IMG/VR virus record: IMGVR_UViG_3300037258_000279
Coordinates: 29,665-93,664 of that record
DNA: 64,000 nt
Source of the DNA: a virus
Direction: 5' to 3' (one strand)
The notes under the pieces are model-generated. The model was not told where the DNA came from. It did not search any database and saw nothing but the letters and a program-made list of their open reading frames with translations. Position 1 is the first letter of the stretch. The number at the start of each line of letters is the position of its first letter. Positions 13,938-24,700 of the stretch are shown in pieces. Made by a program: the position numbers and the translations under genes.

Positions 13938-14314
13938 ATGCGTGCCGGCCTGTTCTGGCCGAGGTCGGTATTCTTGAGCGCCAGAACCAGAATCTCGTCG
14001 AAGCGCTCGCGCAGGGCGTTCAGCGCCACCGTCTGGTCGCGCATGCCGAACTCAAGGCGAGTGATATCGCCATCGAGATCGTCCCGGCGCACGTAGTTGT
14101 CTTTCACGGCCGATATCTCGTTGCGGGCGATGTTGAATTTGCCGTCAAGAGAGGTCGCTACTCCTTCGATCTTCTCGAGCAATATTTGTTCGCCCTTTTC
14201 GCGGCGTTCGTCAACGCGGTTGATGTACGCGATGAGACGCCACGCCACCGTTCCAAGCGTACCGGCACCAGTCCCGACCAGCGCCACAAGCGCTATGATT
14301 TCGCCGGCTCCCAT
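13934..14314 (-). CDS. membrane protein (N-terminal TM plus coiled coil), holin/antiholin candidate
   Basis: hydrophobic N-terminus; ATGA-coupled to the endolysin. Confidence 0.55.
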   Translation of the reverse strand: MGAGEIIALVALVGTGAGTLGTVAWRLIAYINRVDERREKGEQILLEKIEGVATSLDGKFNIARNEISAVKDNYVRRDDLDGDITRLEFGMRDQTVALNALRERFDEILVLALKNTDLGQNRPARI

Positions 14315-14401
14315 CTCTTATTCTCCCAATCGATGGTTCGGGCCCAATAAGCAGGTGAGGCGATTAAGCCCCACCTGTTCTCGGCGATCAGACTGGAAGT
14401 G

Positions 14402-14902
14402 TTAGGGTGCGAAGTAGGCCGCGACGCGGATGCACTCGATCAGGTGGTTTTCCTGAGCCGATGGAACGAACGTCACGGCAACGCCGGCCGCCGCGCTTTT
14501 GAGAGGCGTGGCGTAGGTTTCCGCGAGCTGGCGGAAGGTGCCGTTGGCACCGGCCGTCGGAACCAGCGTCGCCAACGACCAGAACGGGGCGCCGGTGATG
14601 TTGGTGGTCGACAGCGTCGAAACCTGCGTGACGCCGGTGACATCCGCGGTCAGATCGATATAGACGCCGGTGATGTAGACATACTGTCCGCCAGGCGGCG
14701 TGATGGTGACGGTAGCGTTGGCCGCCGTGGTATTGACGGTCGCGCAGGTGGTGGCGCCGCCGAGCGGCCCATAGAGGCCGGTTGCCGCATCGGCGCGTGT
14801 GCCGGTTTGCTGGACGGCGGGCGCCTGTTGTGCACTTGCAAAGCCGATTGCCGAGATCGCCAGGAGCCCGGCAAGGGCCAGAGACTTGAAGAACCGAGTC
14901 AT
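14402..14902 (-). CDS. beta-rich protein with Sec-type signal peptide
   Basis: MTRFFKSLALAGLLAISAIGFASA|QQ; GAGGA RBS. Confidence 0.75.
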   Translation of the reverse strand: MTRFFKSLALAGLLAISAIGFASAQQAPAVQQTGTRADAATGLYGPLGGATTCATVNTTAANATVTITPPGGQYVYITGVYIDLTADVTGVTQVSTLSTTNITGAPFWSLATLVPTAGANGTFRQLAETYATPLKSAAAGVAVTFVPSAQENHLIECIRVAAYFAP

Positions 14903-14990
14903 CTCTTAGTCCTCATTGACGCGCCGGGCTGTTTTGGCATCGCCGCGTCGATCCGACGCGCAATCTCGTCGCAGCGATGTTCATGACGGG

Positions 14991-15635
14991 TCAGCAAATC
15001 GGTATCAGACCGGGCTGCCCGTAATAGTCCTTAATCAGCAACCATCTTCCTCCCACTGTCGGCGCCTTCGTGACATTGACAGGAATGGTTGGTGCCCCCA
15101 CGCACGCGGCGAACGGATAGGCGCCGGAAATAACCGATGCCGGGGCCGTGAATTGCAAAATGCCGGGAGGCAAGAAAAACGTGGCGCTGTTCGATGCGAA
15201 TGTGCCGGGCACGACACCCAGATTGGGATTGGACGCGGGCGCTTGGGTCGGCGATCCGACGGTCCAATAATTGTTACCGTCGCTGACCAGATTGACCGTC
15301 TCGCCCTGCACCAATGCCGCCGTCGCGCGGCCATTGACGAGTCCGGCCGCCGTGGTGATCGTCACCCCGCCGGGGCCTCCCGGAATCAACGTCACGAAAT
15401 AGCCCTGCGGCGTGTTTATTGCCGCCGGCGCCGACACGATCGTGCCGGTCAGATTGACGAAAACGAAGACATTGCAGCCGTTTTGTGACGTGAGTTGGAG
15501 GGTGGCGGCGGTGATGATCTTCGGCGTCATCGACGCGATCGGGCAGGCAGCACCGCCACCTTGCGCCCAGGACGTCCCCTGGAACAACATCCCGGCAAGT
15601 GCGGCAATGCCGATCAGTCTCAAGAGCTGGCGCAC
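14991..15635 (-). CDS. tail-fibre-like beta protein with Sec-type signal peptide
   Basis: GTG at 15635 after GGAGGA; MRQLLRLIGIAALAGMLFQGTSWA|Q; VNLVSDGNNYW motif. Confidence 0.7.
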   Translation of the reverse strand: MRQLLRLIGIAALAGMLFQGTSWAQGGGAACPIASMTPKIITAATLQLTSQNGCNVFVFVNLTGTIVSAPAAINTPQGYFVTLIPGGPGGVTITTAAGLVNGRATAALVQGETVNLVSDGNNYWTVGSPTQAPASNPNLGVVPGTFASNSATFFLPPGILQFTAPASVISGAYPFAACVGAPTIPVNVTKAPTVGGRWLLIKDYYGQPGLIPIC

Positions 15636-15755
15636 TGCAATGTCCTCCCCCGCCCGGATTAACGGCGCTGGCCGATAGTACACCGCGCTCGCTGTAAATT
15701 GAAGCCCGATATTTTAGGGGTTCGCGGACAATCCCTCGGCGCGCCGCAACAGCGA

Positions 15756-18700
15756 TTATGGATAAGGGTTCTGCGTGATCCCTTGAGCTTTTTGGGTCTT
15801 TTTCATTTCATAAGCGCGCGGGTCACTCATCTGCTCAACAGATTTTCTGATGGCCTCGATGATGTCAGAGGGCTTCTTAGCAAGCCCGGGATTCGCAATA
15901 ACGAGACGCTTTGCTTGATCTGTCAGCTCGGCTGCCTCGTTGGCATCGCCGGCAATGCGCGCGCGGGCTGCTCGCGTGATAAGCAATGCCGCATCGCGCT
16001 CGACACGCTGACGCAGTTCATCGTTTTGATGTTCAAGCCGATAGGCGTAGTCGGACTGTGCGTATTCCTGTTCCTGTTGGAGCGGTTGGAAGCCAAGCGC
16101 CTGCTTGGCTATATCCGCGCCCGGCATGTCGGCAGGACGGTCGAGCATAGTACCTTTTTGCGAAATTCGGCCTTGGTCGGATTCAAGCAATGCACGAGCC
16201 GGATTGCGAAGCGCCGATGGCAGAAGCTCCGCTGCGGCCGCGCCAGCACCCTGGGTCTGATCGCGCGTATAAGCGGCCTGCAACCGCTGATACAGCATCG
16301 AGGGAATGGTGCCAATGACATTGGTTGGGTCCATTTCTCTGGAGATGACATCGCCGAAACCGATTCGGCTCGAGAGATTTACACCTGCGAGCGAGGCGAT
16401 TGGGCCACGTAGCATGACGTCGGCCCCGGCCTTTGAAAATCCGGCATCAGACATCATCTCGCGCAGATGGGCGTCCGTCATCGGATCGCTGCCCCCATTT
16501 AGCATGCGCCCCAGGGCATCAGCGGCGGACTCGGCGTCTTGCGTGAATGGAAGTCCATAGGCGCCAGCGCCGAGCATCAGAGTCCCCATCATCCAAGCAA
16601 ACGCCGTCTTGCCTTCCGGGCCCATGTTTTTCATCAAACGAAAAGCCGTCGAGAGATAGCGCGTCTGAAAGCCGTGCAGCGAGAACAGGAGCGTTCCCAT
16701 CGGGCCGCGCATTACGGGAGAACGGTTTTCGCTACCCCACTCGTAGGCACCTTCCGACAGCATGAACCGGGAGAAATTCTCCGGCGTCAAACCATCACGC
16801 TCAACCATATCGCGGAACAAGGCACTGTGTTCGGCGAGCGGCTTCGCCATCGCCGCCAGCGTTTTTGGATTGCTGGCGAGCCGGTAAGAAGACAGTGCGA
16901 CAGCGGCACGATTGGCTTGGTCGACGATGCCGATATTCGAGGTGGCAATATCCATGGCACGGCGAAACCGCCCCGCCGCATCGCCAAACGTCGAGGCTTG
17001 CCGTTCGCTCAACGCACGCAGATCGTCGGCACCGAGCGCACGCAAGCGCCCCTCATTAGCGAGAGATGAGATGAGGGCTTTTTCGTCGGGCGTGCGTCCC
17101 ATTCGATCGAGATTGATGAAGAATCCATTCTTACGGTCAGCACCGGCGTGCCCATAAGCCTCGCGCAGCGCGCCAGCTAATGCGGCGCCGGCGCGCACCA
17201 TGCCAATGCCGGTCGAGAGTACGGGAGCCGCTGCCATCGGGGTATGCAGCGCGATTACCAGAGTCGACGATGGATTCATGGCGAGCGCGTAGGAAAACCC
17301 GATCTGAGCAGCATGCGTCGAGGCGCGCGAGAGAATGCCTTTTTGGTCTTCCTGCGCCCCACGCCACTTTTGCCAATAGTCGCGCACGCTTTGATGCGGA
17401 TGATTGTCTTGGATGTTATCGTAGGCTTCCTCCACGGCGTTATGATGCACCATGTTGGCCGCGTTGTGCGATACCTGCCAGATATGCGTGCCGATCGCGC
17501 GATCAAAATCCTGCGAATAACCCGGTGTGAGGTCGGCTCGGCGTTTGAAGCCAGCAGTCAGCGCCTCGTAGATCGAGTCCAGCAACGCTTCTTTCGCGGC
17601 ACCCGTTGTTGCCCGATAGCGGTCCAATGCCTCGCCGCCGACGAGGCGTCCGGATTTATCGTATTGAGCAGCTTCGCCTTTCGCCTGCTTGGTTTGCGTT
17701 CGGGTAAGACCCTCCGGCGGAGTCTTTTCCTGCATGATCTGCGAAATCATTTTGCCAGTGGCATCGCGTTCCATGAGCGCGAACAGTTTTTCGAGCGCCG
17801 GCATATCGATTTCGCGCAGGATGTCCGGCTTGCGGCGCAAATCTCCCGTTTCAATTATATGTGTCGGCGATTCCCATCGTCCCGGTCCGACGCGCTGGAA
17901 AGCACCAAATGCCGGCGCCCCTGTGTTATCTGGCATTGTGCCAAGTGCGGCGATACGGTTTTTGACTGCGGCAATATCGTCGGCGTTCCGCCGCGTGGTG
18001 CCGAGCCAGTCTTCCATCGAGCTTTTCTCAACGGTTTCGAACCATTTCACCTCGGGATAACCGCCGAGCGATTCAGGGTCTTGACCTTGTTTCGGCCGCA
18101 CGGCGACATAATAATCGCCAAAGCGCATGGCCGGAAAATAAGGGCGGTCCAACGCCCGCTGAGCCTCATGGAGCGCTGTCGCGAGGCGTGCCAGTCGATG
18201 GCCCTCCGGTGTACCGATACCTGCCTCGCGAGCCCCAGCGCTCACGGCGGCAGCAGTTAGATCGCCATTCCAGCCTTCGCGTTTCGCCATCGCCGACATG
18301 ATGGTGCGCCAGCCTTCGTCACCTAGCCGCAAGCTATCGTGAAACGCCTTTGTCTCTTGCGGTGATAGGAGATAGTCGTCACCAGGTTTTGACATGCGCG
18401 CTTGCCAGAACGACGTATTGTGCACGCGGATCGGCGCGCCATCATCGGGAGGGCGCCAGTTCCATTTTCGGGCAAGTTCGAGCGCCGCATAGACGCGATT
18501 TCGCGACGGCGAATCGAGGCTCACCAGCGAATCAGCGACAATTTTCCGTAGATTATTGCCATTTCGTGCCGCCTCATCGTCACGGGCGCGCCACGCATTC
18601 CAAAAGCGTGCCGACATATCATCCAGCGTTGCGAGCGTTCGCGGGAAGATCGAGAATCGCTCTACCGGATTAAGATTTTTGATCTGTCGCGTACCACGTC

Positions 18701-21700
18701 GAGCAAGTTCCGGAAGTGCCCGTTCCTCGGTCGTCGGTCCTTTACCGGAAGGTGCTCCGGGTGATCCCGATACTGAATCGATCAGTCCGGAAACCGCGTC
18801 GCGGTGGAGAGCCTCTTCCGGTGTCAGCCGTTGTTCTGGCGAAGTATTTCGTTCCGCTGCAAAATCGGGGCGGTCTTCGGCTAGACCGGCGACTGCTCCT
18901 TGCGCTTCGCCAGTTCCTGCTCGGCTCTCGATCGTTCCCGCTTCACGTCCGGATCGTCCTGCGGCAGGTTGTCTAATTCCTTCAGAAAGTCTTGCCATGC
19001 TTTCGTCGGGGCGAATGGTGTCGGCGGATCGATCAGACCGTGCATTGGCATCCTCTCTAGGCTTAGCATCAAAAAATGTCTGGGCAGCTCGCTGCACCCT
19101 GTCAGCTGCCTCCCGAATGATGTCACGAGCACCCGGCACGTCGGCCAGATCGCGTGACGACATGTAATCAATCACACCGCCGGAATCCAGTGCCCGATTA
19201 ATCAGGTCGGAATAAATGGAGTCCGCGTGTTCTTGTGTAATCTCCGCCGAATTAACAAGACGGTCTAGCCCACGAAAGACGGCATTTTCCGCAGTGGCAT
19301 AGAGGCCGCCGATTGCTCGCTCGGCGTCCCCCTGACTTCCCAACCATTCCTTGGCTTCCGGCGTCAACTGGGCGACATAGGTGTTTCCATCATGGCCGTG
19401 AGCAACGATAGTTCGAAGGCCCGGAAAGGCCAGCTGTCGCATGTCCTGTTCACTCAGGGAATTACCCAACGGGTGGTTGTGATGGACCACCATCGTACTG
19501 GACTGATCCTCAAGGCGCCCCACGAGGTCTGGTGTAAAAGCGACGTATTTCGGCGATGCCATCGTGTAGGCATGAGTCAGTTCACCGCGGTCCTGATCGA
19601 TCGCAGCCAAATGTTCATGGCCAGAGTTTTGTCCGTGATAGATGGTCCAGTTGCGCGCGGCGGTATGCGGATCGCCGGTCTGAGCGAAATCATCACGCAG
19701 GTCTGTGATGGCCGCACCGACGGGTGCCTCTTTGTCGTTGCCCTCGAACAGCGCCTGCCCTCGCATGACGCTTTCGCGCATCTTCGGGGTGATCTCGACG
19801 GAGTGGACCAATTTATTCGCTGGACCAGAAGCAAAATCTCGTGCGCCTCTTTCCGTGTTAAATTCCCGATAATCATACTGGTCGCCCGGCATGTATGCGA
19901 TCCATGTACCTTCTGAGTCCTGCGTAACTTTATACGGGCGCTGCTGCGCATTGATTTCGGAATCCTCGGCCTTCGCGCCCCACTTCTTGCTAAGGCTGTT
20001 CACGATCTGCGGCAATTGACGATCATAGAACGCCACCATGCCAGCACTGCCAACCTTCAGATCATCACCGCGCAGCGTTCCAGCGCCTTCCGGCTCGCCG
20101 TGGTCGCGGCCAACATTATCGACGATCTTTTTGGCGGCATCCTTGCCGACGATGTCCTCAAGCTGTTGCGGCGTGAGATCGCGGCGACCGAGCACTTCCT
20201 CGAAATCACCGGAGCGAGGACTGCCGCGCTTCCTGGCGCTGATCGTGTAGCGTCCGTCATCTTGCTTCGCGTATCTGATCTCGTCGATTTGTTTGCTCAG
20301 GTCGTACCGGTCCGCGTTCGTCGCGCCGGTATCCCAGGACAATTTTTGGTAGCCGTTTTCGGCGGCGTATCTGAGCAAACGCTTAACCGCAAGCTCCGGC
20401 CATGAGGTTTTGAAGGGAGCGTCCGGGACTAGATCGCCAGCCTCTGCCGCGTAGGCTGCATTGCGTTCACGTTGCAGCTCCTGGTTCCTCGCCAGCAGAT
20501 CTGGGTGCCTCTGCCAGGACGCCATTAGCGCAGCATCGCTGTGAAGGTATTTCGCCTCGGCGCGGATTTTCGCTTCGTCTTCGTTCGCGGCATCTACTTC
20601 GTAGCGATGTCCGGTGCGGGCATCCGTAACAACCCACTCTCCAAGCTCGTAGCCGTGAGTTTTGTTGACCCCAACCTTTTCTGCCAAAAGCTGCGGCGCG
20701 TCGCGGCGTTCAAGTTCCATCAAGACGCCATCCATATCATCGTCAATTTCGCTGACTGAGCGCCCTTTGTGTTGCCCCCGATACCCGCGCTTTCTTCCGG
20801 CCTGATGGAGATCGCTCTGAATCTCCGCGACGTGCAGCACCCTCTCGCCGTTCGGCCCAGTGCGATCGTCAAAACGGACATGCGCCAGGACGTTCGGCTC
20901 TTGCCAGTGACCTGAGCGGTAATCCTGCCGTTCAGCACCGCGCCGATTGCGCGCGAGCATCTGCGCTGTGTTGGCGATAACGGCCTCGTCGTCCGAAACG
21001 GAGTCATGCGTGATGGCGACGACCTCACCCTTCGCGTCCAGCACCTCGGCGCCATCCGGCCCCTTGTCACGGACCGTCCAGCCGGTTGTATCAATTTTTG
21101 GCTCGCGCTGCGGCATCGTGAGTAGAAGTTCGCGGTAATTCTCGCCACCAGGAAGACGGTAGTGGCCGTACTTTGCCGGGGCGCCGCTGAGTCCTTGGCG
21201 CGCCATTGTCTCGTCAACCATGCGACCGTGTAGCGCTTCGCGCTCTGCTGAAAGGCGGCCGCCCTCGTGGCGCAGGTCAGATGCGCGCTGCGTATCGTTG
21301 GCGTAGTGTGCGCTGCGCTCTTCGGTATCGACATCGTGAATGCGGCGGTTCAAATCCTCAAACGCTGCGGCATGTTCTTGTTGCGCCCGCGCATCTGGCA
21401 CGGTTTCGTCTCGCACTGGGCCGTGCATCACCTCCTGCACTTGGACATTGTTCTCGCGAACGGCTTGGAGCAGATCAGCCTTCGTCACCGCGCCCTTTTT
21501 GCTGTCCAAGAAATCGTTCACGCCCGTCCAATCGACTTCCTCTTTTTTGATCCCCGGCATGTTGCGGATCATGCCCTTCCAGGATTCAGGCGAGGCTTTG
21601 TCTAGCTTGGCGTTCTCGATGCCGCGTTCAAGCGCCGAGTAAAAGATTGGCGATGCTTCGGCCAATCCGCGCCGTGTTGGCGGCTCTCCAAAAGGCAATT

Positions 21701-24700
21701 CCGCCGTATTGTCTATGGGCTTGAACAATCCCTCATCGGCGTCTTTTTGCTGAACACGGGACCGGATGCGCCCACGCCCTTCCGCTTCGCGCGATGAGGC
21801 CGCCTGGCGCGCCGATTGTTCGGCGCCAGGAAGGACTACTTGTTCTCCGGCTGCGGTTGATTCTGTTGCCGGCTCGCGCCCAATGCCTTCACCGCGGACT
21901 TGATCGCCGCGAGTTGCGATCGCACCAGATTCTTCACGACGCGTCTGCGCTGCTGATTGAGCGGCTGATTCTGCAAATCGCGGAGTCGTTTCAGGCGCTC
22001 GCGACTGTGGTTCAGGTGTTGCTGAGCTTCGTTCATCGTCACCAATCCAGGGAATATCTTCTGCCGCAGCCACGGCGTCAATATCGCGCTCAATCTGGGC
22101 TCGGACTGTATCCGAATGAGCACCATCCGCGATGATTGCCTCACGCTCATGAATCATGGCGAGAAGATCGTCATTATGGGGATGGCTGGCCGGATCGATG
22201 CCCAGCGCTGAAGCGCGCGCTTCTAACTCGTTGTGATAAGGATTGCCCTCGTAGGCGCGTTTATGGTCTTCCCAATCCCGTAGTGCGCCAACATCGTCGG
22301 CGGAATAGCGCGCATTGCCGCGGAGCGTGTCATCGATCGCACTGTAGAGATCGCTAATGGTCGAATCGCTGGGCCGATTTGGATTATCGCGCGGGAGATA
22401 CCCGGCTTCCTGGGCGATTTCGCGCGCGTGGTCGTCGTTCATTCCGCGCCCGTCTTTGCGCACCAGCATGCCGTATCCCGGAATGAATTTCTTATGTGCA
22501 TCCATCGCGCGCAATTCGCCGGAAGGGTTAAGACCGCCGCGCGACGCCAGAAACTCCACGATGTTCATGGGACGCCGGGGGGCGTTCTCTCTTGAAGAAG
22601 GTGGCGTTGTTGCTGTCTCGGCAGCAACCGGTTTGGTGGTGTCGCCCTCTTTCAGCCAGGTCTTCAGCTCATCGAGCGACATCGGCGTGACATTCCCGAT
22701 GCGCTGTTCGCCTTTGCCATCGGAAAATGCCCCGACATAAGCTTGGTGCGCGCCCTGCCAGTCATTGAAGCCAAGCATAACTTTAGCTTCGTCGTAAGCG
22801 CCTGACGCCGGATCGATTTGGTCTATAACAAAAGCGCGCTGGCTATCATGGTTCGGCCCCATATAGGCATCCACATGTTCGCCGTCGGCAGCTTCGGTTT
22901 TTGATATGTAGCCGTAGTCGCTTGGAAGCTGTGCTGTCCAAGGTTGACCATCGGCACCGACACCATGACGTACTGAGCCTTCCGGGTTTTCCATGACGAA
23001 CGGAATCCCATGAAATGAGACGCGGCCCTTGGAATAATTCCCAGAATCAATTTGTCCTGGCGTGGGATTTGTTTCGGTTGTCGCGCGCGCCTGATCGATC
23101 TGCTGCGCGATTTCTTCCGGCGTGCGAGTACCGCGCGTCAGGGGTAGTTCGCCTTCAGGTCCAGGAGGCGACGGGGAAGGGGCCGCACCCCCCACCGGTA
23201 ACGGCGCCGACTTGTCCGGTGCCTCCTGGATTGCTGGCGGCTGGTTGATTTTTAAGTCAACCGGTGATGCCACAATAGGTTGATCCGGCGCCGCCGCTTG
23301 CGCTGGCTGGGGCTCTACCGGTTGTGCCTGACGGCGCGCCGCGATTTGATTCAGATCTTCGGCATATTGCCCGGCCGCTTCGGGTGTCGGGACGATCTGG
23401 CCAGGGTGAGTCGTCTTCGTCGCTTCCGCCTGCTGGATGATATCCTGTGGCGTGACCGGCGGCTGTGGTTGGGCCTGCGCCTCGAGTTGCGCCTTCGCCG
23501 CAGTCAGGCGTGCCTCAACCGGGGCGGCTGGCTGCCCGCGCGCGGCGGCCGCCGCGCTGGTCGCCTCGCCCTTAAGCGCGTCGAGCGCCGGGGATTGAGG
23601 CTTCGGTATCGGTATTGGTACCAATGGGGCAGGCCCGCTCGGCGGACCGCTTTCTGGAGAACCTCGATACCTTGAGACGGCATAGGCATTAATGCTGTAC
23701 TGGTTGCCGCTTGGATCGCCCAATATCACATCGTGCGCGGGGGTAAATCCCTGCACCTGCATCGGGATAACGTCATTACCGACCGGCATCGGGATCATTT
23801 CGCCAATCTTAGGCGTTCCTAGACCACCACGGACAGATGGTGCGGGCTGCGATTCCGCGGCGATGGCGGGCGGCGGCGGCGCTGGTGGTGGCGGATTAAC
23901 GCTCGCTGCCGCTGCTTCTGGGGTCGGATGTCGAGCATCTGTCACGATCCCGTCGGGGCCGCGTAATCCCCAAAGTCCCGTGGCCGGATCAAGCGCCACA
24001 TCCGGTTTTTCAGTCGGCGCTGTTTCGGGAGGGCCATGCGCGCGGTCCGATCCTGGAATATTGCCTGGTGGTGGAGGCCCAGGTGTCGATCTCAATGCGT
24101 GCGCGATACCGGCATGGACAATTGCGGGCGCGGCAGTCCCAACCACCGCGCCCGGAACGCCTGACAAGACGTCTTGGCCGATCGGCTTGCCTTCGGCGAC
24201 ATTCTCGACCGCTTTCTGACCGACTGCCACGGCAGGCTGCAACCCGAACGCCTGAAAGACGGCGTCTTTCAGCACATTCTTGAACGGTGCGAAACCGAAT
24301 AATCCATAGGACACGCCAGCGGCGCCGGATTCGATGCCGGTGCGCTTCAAGGCCAAACTCCATGCCGCTTCGTTGTCGCCCTTGGTTTCCTGCAATGCCT
24401 GGCCGAAATTCACGCCAAGACTCTGAATCGTGTTACCTGCCGCAGCGCCAGCCGCGGTGCCGGCGATGCCTGTCGCCCACGAAATCGGGTCTTCAGGGCC
24501 ACCACCCAGAGCAATACCGGCCAACCCGCCGCCGTAAGCCGCTGCCGCCGTCGGCGCCGCGGCGGCAAACTGATAGAGCGTCTTTTTCAGCAACGTAAGC
24601 GGCTTCCACAGATCACTCCCCTCGATCGGCTGCGCGGCCAGAAGATCTGGCTCCTGCACGTCCGGTTTTCCCCCCGTCACGGCTTGGCCGGTTTGCATGA

